NCBI GenBank assembly: GCA_025786725.1
Contig: JAHLTZ010000001.1
Span: forward strand, 310,001 to 374,000
From: Syncephalis fuscata S228
Lineage: Eukaryota; Fungi; Zoopagomycota
Direction: 5' to 3'
Length of the DNA: 64,000 bases
Shown here: positions 12,587 to 26,268 of the stretch, in pieces
Position numbering within the stretch: the stretch's first letter is position 1
How the letters are laid out: every line of letters starts with the position of its first letter
Program-made: the position numbers and the translations under genes
Notes under the pieces: generated by a model
Told to the model about the DNA's origin: nothing
Databases searched by the model: none
What the model saw: the letters and a program-made list of their open reading frames with translations, nothing else

Positions 12587-14853
12587 TTAATCGTTATCAC
12601 ATATCTTCCATAATAGTGTAAGTATATTGGGTAGTGTATCTCGAGGACGTTTAGCATTTATATTCTGTGATAACATTAGCTATATAAATGGATTAATAGG
12701 GATTGTAGGCTATCTATTATATTCACCTGTTGTACATTCATATTAAGTAGAAAGACCCCAAATCTCCATCGAGCAGCATCTTGTCCTTTACCGTAGAGGG
12801 GATAGCTAGTGTTTAATGGTGTATAAGTAGCATTCAATAGTATTTATCAAATATCAGCTTACATAGCCTGATCGGCATCAATGGCCGATGGATCGATAAT
12901 ATAGGCTCTTGAAGACATGGCCACCATAGGATAAATAAGAGGAACACGTAGATAGAATGCAATCATTTCTACCAAGTGACATGTATAGCCCAATGCAGTA
13001 GCCACATCGTCTAGTGCGTAGCCTAATAGTTATTAGTAACTATAATATTAATCATTGATCACCATTACCTTTATACTCTGAATTGGGTAGACGTATACCG
13101 CGAATGGTGTAGATAGTATCAATAGTGACCGCCTATATAATAAGTCTTATTAACACCATTATTATTGTTAGTTTAAATAGGCTATATTTACATGATCTAT
13201 TGGATACAGTTCACATAAAGTTGTTAATCGTTCTTGTTGAACCACTTTGACATGTTCTTTCATAGAGTATAATAATTGTCTATAGTAACTAGTTATAACT
13301 ACTAACTAAATACTATATTCTAGTCGCTTTACCTTGTGGTACAAAGCTCTTGTTCCAACGCTTCTGTTGCCACAACAGCATCGTGTAATCGTTTACTGTG
13401 TTCTTTCACAATGGCCCGTTTAACATTTGTACGCTCCTGTAGATTATCAAGCATCGTTTTTTCTATTCTGTTGTATAAATTGTTTGGGCGCTACATGATA
13501 GAATAGTTTACATACCCGCTTCTATCTGCATGTTATACGTCAATAGTCGGTCTATTAGCGATCTAATTTCATTCTCTTGTTCTCCTTTGGATCGTTTCTA
13601 ATATCGTTGTTAATATTAAATCTAGTATAATCTAATAGATATAATTACCATAGCAAATAACCGGTCATTTTGTTTCATACGTTCCATTATCTGTTGAGCG
13701 AGTTTACGTGTCCCTGCGTATAATCCAATTACTTTACGATGCATTTCCACTAATCTATATTATAAATAACATATTAGTATCAAAAATGAGTAGTTAGACT
13801 TTATTACCGAATCACTTGACGAAAGTTATATGTATCATATAACTATATAACTATTAGCTATTTCTAAATTGATATTACTATTGCTATTACTATTTACCGT
13901 TATAGGCTCATTAGGCTTGGGTGGCAGTTTCTACTATATAATTTAGTATTGCTGGTTCATTAGTATGTATTACGTACAATGGTCTCTGCAATATCTGCTG
14001 CTGTGTAATAACCATTTTTAAATTGAAATAAAAGTGTACCCCTGGCAAGATCTTTATCCAAATGATTCAACTATTATTTAACATTAATTATAGTAATGTT
14101 TAGTATAGCTATTGACATGCCTTTCTACCAATAAATTGTATTCCTCGTAAATCAACATCCCATTCTAGTAACAATTGACTGGGTTGCTTGTCGGAACATA
14201 CTCGCCATATACGCACTGTCATTCGTGATTAGCGTTAAGGATAACATACTAGCTATCTATAGTATATAAAAATGACAACAATATAAAAGGATATGATAAT
14301 GATGACAGACACTTATTCGTTCTTGAGGAGAAGCAGATGGATCTACTCGTTCACAGCTGATTTGAACGGGAAAGACGGGATTCTGTATATTGTAGCGTTA
14401 TTTGGTTGTCAAGGACATATGCATGTTACTTGCCAATGATAAATAAACAACGTCGCTGACAAAGAATGGCGATACTATACATTGATATATATATTATAAA
14501 TTTTAAAGGGTATTAGTATATTCACTATATATTCTACGAACTAACCATTGGGTGCAGCATGGAGTGAACAGACTGTATCAAGCATAGAATCAACATCTAT
14601 TCTAGAATTAGAGTGTGGAGGCTGTTGGCCACAAGCCACTTGTATTTGGTAAGGTCGGAAGCGTCAATTGGTATTGGTTTTGTTCTAATCAAGTGGAATT
14701 TACCTGTATCTTGGCTTGTCGGATGAGTAGCCGTAGACGCTAGTCCACGTACTGCTATGGACAGTAGATTATTTGTACACAGCTAGATAGACCGCGTGAT
14801 TGTATACACGTTTAGCGATACAGTAGTTAAATGAGCAATCCACATACCTTCAT
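12587..14853 (-). CDS. UVRAG/Vps38-like subunit of the class III PI3K complex, many exons
   Basis: C-terminal motifs IYTIRGIRLPNS, DDVATALGYTCHLVEMIAFYLRVPLIYPM, YPLY, RFGVFLLNMNVQQ, RDTLPNILTLL, preceded by coiled-coil exons. Start (ATG AAG|GTATGT) tentative. Confidence 0.8.
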
Positions 14854-15179
14854 GGAAAGAAATACGAAGAAATACAGTCAACAAGTATAAAATGGCGATC
14901 AATATAGCATTATAGTTATTACGTCACATGATTTATGCGGCATTTCTATCTGTCCTCTCTCTCTATCTGTCTACTCTCTCTTTCTTTATCTATTCTCTCT
15001 CTATTCAGTCTCTCTCTACTCTGCTATTACTGCCACTATAACTTGTCCGTATAGCTGTGAATACGAAGATTGATTATTATTGTACTAGTTTTTGAGAGAT
15101 CAGCCAGTCTATAGTTTTATTGAATTATTGAAGTAAAAGCACAAGCATATATATACACAACTGTATTTCACAGGTGAAG
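14854..15179. promoter_or_regulatory. Short bidirectional promoter between UVRAG-like and DCN1
   Basis: About 325 bp between divergent ATGs, with a (CT)n-rich tract and GTCACATGA at 14923-14931. Confidence 0.5.
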
Positions 15180-16417
15180 ATGGTGAGACTCTAGTTCAGT
15201 TTTTACATATTACAAGCTTAGTCTCATCTAATGATCTTAGTTTGGCAAAAACAAAATACAAAAGGAGAAGGTGCGACAGTTGATGTCGGCCACGTCTTGC
15301 AGGTAAGTTGGACGGTATTGCTAGTTAATATACGCGCTTATTGAATTATTACGACATCTAGCGAAGCCGTGGCTACATCGTTGCTTAAGGCATCTAACTG
15401 GAATCTAGATGTGGCGGCTGATTCCTACTTTAGTCAGAGTAATGCGGTCGATTCACCAGCCAGTGCTTCGTCACAGGGTAACTTTAACATTAGCAAGCTA
15501 CAGCAGACATTTGATAAATACAAAGGTAGCTATTAATAGAAGCTGCTATTATAATAATAATGTTATTAATTAAGCATGGATTAGATGAGGATGAACCCAA
15601 TAAGATCCTCGTTAATGGCACGGAACAATATTGTACGGATTTGAATGTAAAACCAGATGATGTAGTTATGCTGGTTATTGCAACGCATTTGAAGGCCAAA
15701 ATGTGCGAATTTAACCGCAATGATTTTATTGAAGGATGGCGTGCATTGGGGTAAGTACCAGTATAGAAAGTGTACAAATAAGTATAATATAATATTGTAT
15801 AATAATAAACGCATTATAGCTGTGATTCAATAGAAGCGATGCAGAATGCATTGCCAGAGTTACGAGATGAATTGAAAGATCCAGCAAAGTATAAGAAAAT
15901 ATATGAATATACATTTATATTTGCTTTAGCACCTGCTCAGCGTGTACTACGTAAGTTATAGCTTGTACAGGGTCTATTATATTCAATAATGCTAATAAAT
16001 GAGAAAAGCATTGGAGATGGCATTACCACTTTGGCAATTATTGCTAGCAGATAGATTTGATAAATTAGATTTATGGTTTACATTTTTACAGGAACAACAT
16101 AAGAAAGCCATTCCTAAGGATACGTGGAATATGGTAATATGAGTTTGAGATAGTAGAAATAAGGAATACTAATTATATTTAGTTGCATGAGTTTATGAAA
16201 GATACCAACGAGGATTTATCCAACTATGACATGAACGGTAGGTTACTATTTGATTAGGCTATTGTATACTTGTAACCAACTATAAATTGTTATATAGATG
16301 CATGGCCACCACTTATTGATGAAGTATGTAAATTTATATATATATATATATATAGTTAGTATTAATTGAATTGTTTTATAGTTTGTTGAATACTACCGTC
16401 AACAGCAGGCACAATAA
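15180..16417 (+). CDS. DCN1: DCN1 (defective in cullin neddylation), UBA-like plus PONY domain, multi-exon
   Basis: M|FGKNKIQKEKVRQLMSAT...LLKASNWNLDVAADSYF; GTEQYCTDLNVKPDDVVMLVIA; FNRNDFIEGW; IYEYTFIFA; IPKDTWNM; DLSNYDMN|DAWPPLIDE|FVEY. Confidence 0.93.
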
Positions 16418-16551
16418 ACATATTTAGTCGTTTTTCTAATCTATCCATTGTCATTATCTAATATTATGTGTATATTTAGCCTCAATAACCTTCTGTCGTT
16501 TATTATTACTATTACTATTATTATTTCAAACTAATAAGACAGTCAGCCATT

Positions 16552-18579
16552 TTAGTGAGGAATACGTTGACCGGCCATTTGGGCTTTGGCAGCATCGGGT
16601 GGACCAGTGGCAAAGGAAATGGTTCCGACACCTGATGGTAGATATGGCATACCACCTGGTGGTGCACCGTAACCACCGTAGTAAGAGGCAGCCGCATAGG
16701 CATCATAGCTGGCAAATCCACCCGGCGCTAGACCTGCTGCTGCTGCTGCCGCCGCAATAACTGGATCCATAGGCTGCATCGTTACTTGAGGACCACCTAA
16801 TCCGGGATTACCGTTTGGATTCGATAGATCGGGCGTCATTGGTCCCGAAAATCCTGGTGATTGGAACATTGGATGAGGATAGCCACCAGGTGGTGGTGGC
16901 GGCGGTCCATAAGCAAATGCCGCACCAGGACCAGCATGTGGACTAAGAGCGGCTGCCGTAACTGCTATAGGTGTAGGTGGCATACCAGGTCCTGGTCCAT
17001 ACATACTAATCATATCAACAGCTCGATCTTTGCCCCATGCACACTAAATGGCAGTACAGCGCTTGTTTAGTACCAATACATAGTTTAAATAGTTTTGAAA
17101 CTACTTACCCGAGCTGGGCGCCCATTAATATTGGCACCTTGTAGTTTTGTAATAGCCATGGCAGCACCTTCATGGGTTTCCATACTAAATTAACAATTAT
17201 CATAAGATAGAGTTACAACATCAGACAAAAGCTATTTACCGGACAAATGCAAAGCCGCGTTCTGCTTGCATTCGAATTTCGTGAATACCGCCAAATTGTT
17301 GGAAATGACTAATTAAGTGTTCGCCTAAAAGATGATAAATAAATTATTGTTTGTTAATTAGTATTATAATAACTATTAGATAAAATTATATAGCTTACGT
17401 GTCGTAAAGAACGGTAGATTACCCACATAAACGGTTGAATTATGCATCGGTGCCTGCATTACTACCTCATCATAGGCTTGCTGTGGATGATGAACTACTT
17501 AAATACGAATAGTCATTTAGTATTACTATTAAATAGCTGTTTATATTGTAATTACCTTGCATTGCAGCATTTGGTTTCTGATTTGCCCAATTACAACGAA
17601 TTGTACGACTGCCAAGCCATTGACCTGTCATTTATTTGTCAATCGTTTGTTTACATTGCTATATTTATCAGTACATACCATTCATGGCATTAATGGCTTG
17701 ATCGGCATCCTAATATTTAAAATAGCCGTATTTTATTAGTTATCGATATACAATAGCAGTTTAACTTACCCCTTTCTGTCGAAATGATACAAAGCCATAG
17801 CCGCGTGATTTACCCGTCGTTGGGTCCCACATAACACGAGCCTCTCTATTAAAATATTAGCTATTATTATTTAAATAAATGATCGACAATAGCTTACGAA
17901 AGACTGCCAAATGTACTGAATGACTTGGCCAATATCTGATCGGTTACTTCGGCACTTAGATCGCCAATAAATATTTGGAAATGATCTGTACAGTATATTA
18001 GATATTAATACAGCTATAGCTATTACTTCACTGCCTATAGCTTACTTGTCGTATCTTCTTTTTGTAAATTAGACGGTGTCAAGGCCCAACTGATACGCAC
18101 TTCCTATATTATGTGTTATTCGATTATTGTAATAATAGCAAGTCAACACTATCACTTACTGAATCAAACACTTTACGACCATTAAACATCTGCATGGCTT
18201 GTTCAGCCGCTTGATGTGAATTAAATTCAACAAAGCCATAATTGCCACGTCCATATGGATGCTAATTATACTTATTAAGTAAGAGCGGAGTACAATAATA
18301 AGAACTTACAGTTTTATCAGGAATGATTTTGACCATAACTACTTGGCCTAAACTGGCAAATAGTTCCTGGAGTGTGTATTCAGTCACGCGGGGATCCAAA
18401 TTGCCAACGTAAAGATTACGGCAAGACTCGTGAAATTTGGCGGGCTGCGGTGAAGGACCTGAACCAGCGGCTGAAACCGCAGCAGCATTGCCCACATTGC
18501 CATTGATTGGCAAAGCACCGGCCGATGAAACGACCACTCCGTTACCGGCCAGGCTAACTGATGTATTTGATGTATTCAT
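16552..18579 (-). CDS. PUB1: Pub1/TIA-1-like three-RRM RNA-binding protein with a P/G/A/Y-rich tail
   Basis: RRM1 NLYVGNLDPRVTE..NYGFVEF; RRM2 HFQIFIGDLSAEVTD, ARVMWDPTTGKSRGYGFVSF, IRCNWANQK; RRM3 STVYVGNLP, RGFAF. Confidence 0.92.
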
Positions 18580-19403
18580 ACCGTGTATATTGCTGGTAAT
18601 AATAAAAATAACAAATAAACAGCGCAGTGAAATACACAAGTGCAAACAAAAGAAAGTCCGCTTTAATGTCCACCTACAAACACACGACTACCCAAAACAA
18701 TAGAAGACGCGTCACACACACACACAGATACGTAGTTAGAACACGGTAGCGTCGTTGTTCTTCGCGTGGACCGAACAAGTACAACTGAAAAAGAGATAAA
18801 GAAATGTATCAACGTCTGCGTCACTTATTGTTGCTGTTATTGCTGTTACTATTGCAAAACTACACACAACTATTTGTAGTTATTTGGAAAAGAAAAGCAA
18901 GCTGAAAGAAAGGAATAGAATGGAATAGGAAACTGCGCACAATAGACAAAATGGCGGCGGCGTTAATGCAACAACGCTGTAACGTGTCGATAGCCACAGC
19001 TATAATTTGGAAACAACAGCAATAATAACAGCAGTAACTGCACTCAAACGCACAAACGCACACCTGATAAGAGAAGCACAAATAAAAGTGGAAAGGATGC
19101 AAATGTAAACGAGAGAGTGAGGAAAGCAGCAAAAGAAATATGGAAAGACAATGAGCTTGAAATGCTCCTCAAATAGTAGAAGTTAAAGGAGAAGAACGAC
19201 AACGAGAAGGAGGACAACTACGACAGCGAGAAGAAGAGGAAGAAGAAGGAGGAGGAGCAGGACAAGGACGAGGAGTAGGAAACCACAAAAGTAAGTAAAA
19301 GAATAAGTAACGACAAGGAGAGAAAGGAATAAGAAAAGAATGAAGTGTGAAGGCGCGCGCCGTTGGACTGCTGCAACTGATAAACAAGCAAAGGGGGCGA
19401 CAC

Positions 19404-19410
19404 TTTTATA
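19404..19410 (-). promoter_or_regulatory. Putative TATA box (TATAAAA) of PUB1
   Basis: CCTATAAAAG on the minus strand near the far end of an ~890-nt ATG-free, pyrimidine-rich stretch leading to the PUB1 ATG. Confidence 0.5.
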
Positions 19411-20029
19411 GGCTTATAGAAAGAAAGAGCGAGTGAGTGAGTGAGACGGAGACAGAGAAACAGAGATGCGCCATATCATGATGCGTGTGTATGTGTTATG
19501 TACGCGCGCGTGTGTGTGTGTGTATGGATGTAAATGTCAATGGATGGGTGACTGGATGTATGAATGTGTATGGATTGATGTACAAGCTATGATAAAGGTA
19601 GGCATAGAGACATGCGGTAAGAGTGAAAATAAAGGTAAAGACTGTCACAACAGTTCATTTACTATGACTATTCTGCCATTAACAGCAATGGCATTACTAT
19701 TATTATCGTATAGTCATCGTTCTGGCTATGATGAATGGTAATTTATTTGGCCATCTCTGTTGCTACTTAACAGTACAAATCGTTGCTGTAACACACTGAG
19801 CCATCGGTGGGTAAGTAGGTGCGTGCGTGCATGTGTACGTATCTATAAGACTGTAAGTGCATTAAATAATTCTACCATAATCTTATCAATTAAGATACTA
19901 TGGCACTATGATTTACTCTTAATTCTGAATTTGCAGTATTTATAGCATTGTATTGTTATTGTTAATTAATACACCAATTCATTTAATTGATTTATTAAAC
20001 AATCAGTAAAAGTTCTCTAGTTTAGTCTA

Positions 20030-20373
20030 TTACCATTCAGTGCACAAGTGATACGATAACTTGTTCATTTGTGGAGTGGGGAAACGAGTATTACAGGTGA
20101 CGACAGTGACTAGCAATGATAGTAATTCAATGGTGCTACCCACGTACTACCTTCTGACTTGTCGTAGTTCAGCGAAGAACCGGCTGTTGATGCACCTTTG
20201 GCAGTACTCTGCTTTGACTTGGTGGTCTGATTGGACAAGTAGATCGGCATGCTTGTACAGAGGTCAGTATCCGCTTTCTGCAGTCGGTGTATCGCGTGTA
20301 TTTGAGGACACCAATGGCATTGCAGTTTGGTAGGCGGCGGTGTGGAGAAGTTGACACGGAAATGTAGCGACAT
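20030..20373 (-). CDS. Possible small spliced hypothetical gene, divergent from SNF4
   Basis: GC-richer island, ATG at 20373, GTAGTA...CTAG intron that keeps the frame open. No recognisable motif and 3' end unresolved. Confidence 0.25.
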
Positions 20374-20754
20374 CGAATACATCACACCATTTATTGGCTA
20401 TTAGATAACTTTTGTAATTTATAGTAAATAAAATGTTATAGACCATTCATTGGCAACAGTAATACGCTTTAAGTCATGGTTGGCTATAGCACTGATTATA
20501 TGTAGCGTCACGTGATAATAGCAAACAATATCAGGAGAGAAAGAAATTTGACCATGATTGGACTGCACTTGCTCTCACTTTCACTTTCACTTGTAGCGAC
20601 TTTTGTGCGTACACGTATATCGCCTATCGACTTGTTCGTTCGTTTATTATTTTTTGCTTGTTTATCCTTTCTTAGTGTTTTTTGGTATACGATTCGTAGT
20701 GTGCGCGTGTGTGCATATGACTGTGTGCTGTGTGCACATTCTACAGTTACTACT

Positions 20755-22218
20755 ATGAACGCAACTGATACGACAAAAGTCAATGACAGTGATAGTGAGA
20801 CAAAGCGTACTGCTATTAGTTCGGATGAGCACTTGCCGCTAACACCGCTTCGGGCCAACGATGGACCTATAGAGGCAGCACGACGTGAGATTCAATGGTT
20901 TCTGCGACGTCACGCTGCTTACGATGTGTTACCATTAAGTTTTCGTCTCATGGTGTTGGACACCGAACTATTGGTGAAAAAGGCACTAGCTGCACTAGTA
21001 CAGAATGGTAAAATTGAATAAATATTAGTACAAAAGTGTATTAATGACATGGACTCTTTCTGAATAGGCGTTGCATCAGCACCACTTTACGACTCAACTC
21101 AGCAACGACTAGTGGGCGTACTGACTATGACCCACCTTATTCGACTTATGCATCGGTATTACATAGAAGAATGGTCATATGATGCTATTCTAGATGAATT
21201 GGAGCAATTGACGATTGATCAGCTACGAGGTATGATCTTTAATACAAAGATGAGGCGATGGCCAAGGAGAGTCTAGAACAATAGCTGATATTAATTTATT
21301 ATTGCAGAGAAACTACTGGCAGGTCAGCCTGCATCGGCAGTAGTGGTACTGCATCCACTCTCATCGCTTTATGACGCAGCGTGTAAAATGCTAGAATTGC
21401 GGCTAAGACGTATTCCATTAGTGGATACAGATCCCCAAACTCAACAAGAGATTGTTGTATCGGTACTAACGCAGTATCGCGTTTTACGCTTCTTGGCCAT
21501 TAATGTAAGATAGTCTAATAGCGAATTATTGGTAATATTTATTTAGTATATTAAATAGTATACGGGACTTGAAGCACTCCGTATACCTGTAACACAGCTT
21601 GGTCTTGTAACCTACGAACAATTGGCCACAGTAAAGATGAATATGCCTGTAATTGATGCCATTAATATGTTTGTTGATCGACATGTTACAGCATTGCCTG
21701 TTGTAGACGATGAAGGTAAATAGAGTAATAATAACGACGTTTAGTAATTTATTAATATTGTAACAATAAAGGTTTAGTATTAAATGTTTATGAAAAGGCC
21801 GATTTATTAGTAAGTTTTACAATAGCAATTGATGAGATATAGCCGATTAAGAGTAAATAATTAGACATTGGCTCAATCGGATACGTGTCTTGATTTACGC
21901 ATGTCTATTGAAGAGGCACTTCAACGACGATCAAAGGTAGATTGCTTAATATTTAATTAAACTAAGCTATAAATTAATATTGATATTGATATTAAATAGG
22001 ATTTTGAAGGTGTACATACTTGTCGAGAAACTGATACGTTATACTCTATTCTTGAAGTACTTAAGACGACGCGTGTTCATCGATTTATCGTCGTTGATGA
22101 CCAGAATCGACTACGTGGTATCGTTTCTCTTAGTGATATCCTTCGTTTTTTGCTACAAGATGGCACTGATGCCGTTGCTCTTGATGAGACGATGCGCCGA
22201 TATGAAGAGCAGCAATAG
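20755..22218 (+). CDS. SNF4: AMPK gamma subunit (Snf4), 4 CBS domains, multi-exon
   Basis: AYDVLPLSFRLMVLDTELLVKKALAALVQN|GVASAPLYDS; RRIPLVD; VVSVLTQYRVLRFLAIN; ALPVVDD; FEGVHTC; RVHRFIVVD; GIVSLSDIL. Confidence 0.95.
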
Positions 22219-22561
22219 TGCTATCAATCAATTAAACTGTCAAATTAATAAATAAATTATTGCAATTAGTATTGTTGGTATTATTAAGCAAAAATGTTAT
22301 AAAGATCTAATTAGCACACTATTAATATTGCAACTACTACAATTACACACTGTTTGCTAGTCGTTGTTGTGTGCGTAACATTTCCCGATTTCTTCCATTT
22401 ACCCGACACCCACACGTTTGTTGTCCCTTTCTCGTAAACTCTACTCTTTTATCTTTACTGTTGTGCGTATAGCCAGCCACTCAAATACACACGCTACGTG
22501 TCAAATCCTCTATTTTATTTGTCAATTGAATAGTGATCGGTTGCATAAAGTCTATACTGCC

Positions 22562-23064
22562 ATGACACTATTCGATCTAAGCAGCTGGTTGCCTACCGTG
22601 CACGCCGAAGTCGTCGTAGAAGAGGTAAAGGTTGTCGAAACTCCGGTTGTGGTAGTAGAGGAAGAAGAGGAGGAAGAGCCTGAGGATCATATGCCAGCCG
22701 TTCTTGAAGGTAAGTCGTGCACTATACTGCATTAATATTGATATCGATTGCACTGTCTAACAAGTCAAATTGGTGGTAAACAACGCGTCCACACTCTAAA
22801 TCCGTTATGCACACCATTTTGTAATCTAAAGTCTGTGAAGAGATGCCGGACTGTGTAGGTCTAAAGCACCACTTGGAAGAGTGCACAGCACGCGTTGAAT
22901 CAGGTTCAAGCGAAACCTGCGTTGAGGAATTCTTTCATCTGATGCATTGCGTCAACCACCATGTAAGCATTTATTGACAGATTATTACGCTAGTATTTAC
23001 GACTAGATTGCTTATACCGGATGTTGTCTAGGCGGTACCCAAGATCTTTGCTCCACTCAAGTAG
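22562..23064 (+). CDS. QCR6: Cytochrome bc1 hinge subunit (3 exons)
   Basis: Acidic N-terminus VHAE...EEEEEEEPED; CVGLKHHLEECTARV; ETCVEEFFHLMHCV; AVPKIFAPLK*. Confidence 0.93.
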
Positions 23065-23433
23065 ACTTGCATGTGCCAATGATATATGCGTGCTATCAGC
23101 TACTACTCTATCGCTTGCTCCTTTCATGATTGCGCATGAAAATAACAAAGTTTTATTTCAAGGTTTATTTGAACTGTGTCCATTGGTATAGTAATGTCAA
23201 TTATGTCTATTAATATAAAAGGGATAAGTAAAATGCAATGGGATGGCATGTACATCAACGATCATGTTGGATTGTTGTTACGACAATATAGATCAACAGT
23301 GATGATTTATGATGTGTCTGAAACCATGTTCTAAACAAATTGATTTATAATGTGAAGTGGGAAATAAGCGTTGTGCTAAATAGAGCACATTAGTATAGTT
23401 GCAGCTATTTAGTCGTCAATCATATTAGTTACT

Positions 23434-24018
23434 ATGGAAAACTTTACTTTTCCAGTATCAGGCCGTATACCAGATGGTAGGACGGAAAGTATGGCAGTAG
23501 ATCATCAGGGGCCTCAACAGATACGGCAGTTTACTCGATCGCCATCGTGGACAATGCCCAAGCGACGATCATCTTGGCATGGCTCAACTCCTGAAAAACA
23601 TGCACATCATTCGCCAATTATGCATCATCTCAACTCGCAAGAATGGCGCGATCAATTTAGACAACAATGTATGGAACGGGTTCGCCAGAAACGAGAACAT
23701 TTCATTAACACCAGCGAGGTCTGCGTGAGTTTATGGAAACGGATGAAAGCAGTGAGTTTGTAAATCCACCCATTGAAGAGCAACGCGCGTAAGTTTAACG
23801 ACTAAGGTTTTACTATACTAATGGTCAAGTAGATCATACGCAATATAATTGAAGCGCAATTAAAAAATTGGATATCACAACAGCCGTCTACTGCACAATC
23901 TACCTCGATGATGGATATATCCAAATCATATGATAATGATGTTTTTCTCCAGAATATGGAGCGGGATATTTATCAACATATGTGGAATGAATACCGAGAA
24001 CCTCAAAAAGATAGTTAG
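23434..24018 (+). CDS. RPA-interacting protein (RPAIN/RIP)-like, N-terminal domain
   Basis: EWRDQFRQQCMERVRQKREHFIN resembles the RPAIN N-terminal motif (W..FR.RC.ER.R..R..L). The second exon ends at TAG 24018. Confidence 0.6.
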
Positions 24019-24063
24019 TCGCTGTTAATGGCATAGTAATCTAGCAATGTTGATATGGTTTAT

Positions 24064-24938
24064 TTAATAAACGTATGGTATAATCTTGGCCCGTGTAGCG
24101 GCAAATTGGTTCCATTCATTGCCAAATCTTTCGTTTAGCATCTTTTCCTCTTGAGGAATACGAATAACCAGTAAAATAACTATAAGCGCCAATTGTCCCA
24201 TCATACCCATGATCAGTCCAATTGTATGACATACGTTAGTGTCATGAGTAGTAGGATAATATTTAGCATAGGCTGTGCCATGTAGCTGTTTGGCTTAAGA
24301 TGGTCCATGATTAATTTTAGAGAATTGATAAGGAATGGGCGTGCCACTTCTTGAAATGTAGGAACAATAATCAAATAAACTGTGTAGAATCCCACTACGA
24401 CAGCACCAGTGTAGCTAGGATGGCGTACGAAACGATACGGCCCAGTATTAACAATATACTGGTCTTTGCGGACATTAAGACTAAGCGTGAAGAATTTGCC
24501 CAGTTCACGTCTACTCCAATCTCTTAGCTCCAGTCCAGCGACGCATAAAATAACGCCGATGATGTCGTTGGTACCACTCCATTGAAAGAAGGAAGGTGCA
24601 TATGGAATATAAATGGGTAGCACGCCAATAAATCCATACGGTGGTGGTCGGATATTTACACCAGTTAAACTAATTAAGTGGAAAATAGCGAATTCAATGT
24701 AGGAAAAAGCAAGACCAATAAAGTTGATAAAGGCCGAACAAGCAAAGAGCCAGCACATGAATCCTGCAAACGATCCAGATGTAAACATTGAAAAACGCTC
24801 TGATATTTGTTCTTTTTCTTTAGAGGGATTTTGGCGTTCATGTTGCTCGGACTTTGATGGTATGATGGTATCGCAAGTACGGAAGGCAAGCCATGCCATT
24901 GCTAATAACTTAGTGTATGAAATCTCTGTGTTATCCAT
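24064..24938 (-). CDS. ICMT/PEMT-family membrane methyltransferase, paralog 1 (intronless; apparent frameshift near 24240)
   Basis: ELRDWSRRELGKFFT; GPYRFVRHPSYTG; after the shift RIPQEEKML..FG.EW...RAKIIPYVY*. Confidence 0.85.
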
Positions 24939-26268
24939 TGTGACAATTATAATATTGATTAGTTTATAATTAATGTATTAGTAGCAAACACTGGTATTAA
25001 TACTGTGGAGCGGCAAGAAATAAGTATTGTTTTACAAGCGCTTGCTAGTAAAGCGTGTTTATTTATAGTCATATTGTATAATTGTTGCGCGTTAGTACCT
25101 CCTTTAAACTCATTTGGTTACTTTATGACTTTATTATGTGTATCGCTTTTGGCTGGGCGAATCAGACAATTTTCCCGGGTTTAATTAGCGATTGGGATCT
25201 ATTGCTATGCTACAGCGCGCAAGTTATCAAATATAGCCGATAGCTTTAGGTTAGAAGTTGTTCAGTTAAACTAGTGTGTAATTATCTAGCGCTACACTAA
25301 TAATGTGCAAACTAAATAATAAAAATAATGAGTATTCATGTTGCACTTTATGAAATAGGACTGTTTAACAATTAATGCTTAAATCATTACAGGCTGAATG
25401 TATTCTTCAATTCACAACAACATATTATGCCATAAATATCTAATGATAATCTCTATAGCGTTTTCTTTTCCAACATTTAATGCAATAATTTTCAGATTGC
25501 TTTTTATGATCTGCATTGGCATAAATATCAAGGAGTATTACGCGGCGATTTTACAGAGACAAATATGTAACCATTTGCATTAAAGAATGCTTATCGTTAC
25601 TCCTTTTTATACATCCATTATTCTTATTAGAATTAAATACACAAACCACTTTTTCTTAGTTACCTTTAAAGTTAAAGGATTAGCGTTTTGTCAATCAGTT
25701 TTGTAAAAAAAAGTAATAAATTGTACCATATCTGCACATTAATATATAACTATGATGTCGTTTAATTATTCAACATTTGCACTATTAGTAACCATGAGTT
25801 GATGCTAGTAACCGATTATGTAAAATCTTATCAGTTGATTCGTTATTTGTTTATATTTAAAAATCAATGTAGCCTTAATTAATCAGTTTTACATAAAGGA
25901 AACAAGATACACAATTGGTATTTTGAAATAAAAAGCGGACTAATACCATCGTTATCTATGTTTAGATGACTCGTTAATTAAAAAACCGTATTAACCTACG
26001 AGTTTTAAAAACAGCATATCTTATTTAGTAGAAATACAATGCAGCTATTAGTAATAATAAAATATACAATAAATAAAAGTTGAAGCAGCTAATATTTACA
26101 ATCTTTGTTATTATTGCACATTTATGCACTCCCTGGGCTCCTTTTTCAATTTAAAAACGCCACACATTTCAATACAATAAAACTCACAATCATAATACTG
26201 CTATTACTAAATGGTATTACTAATAAATTAAATTTCTGCTATTTTACTTTTGATTAATTTGATTCACG

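Noticed and set aside
18860-19741. Short ORFs upstream of PUB1
   Set aside because: The minus-strand ones start at TTG/GTG and arise from low-complexity pyrimidine tracts; no coding features.
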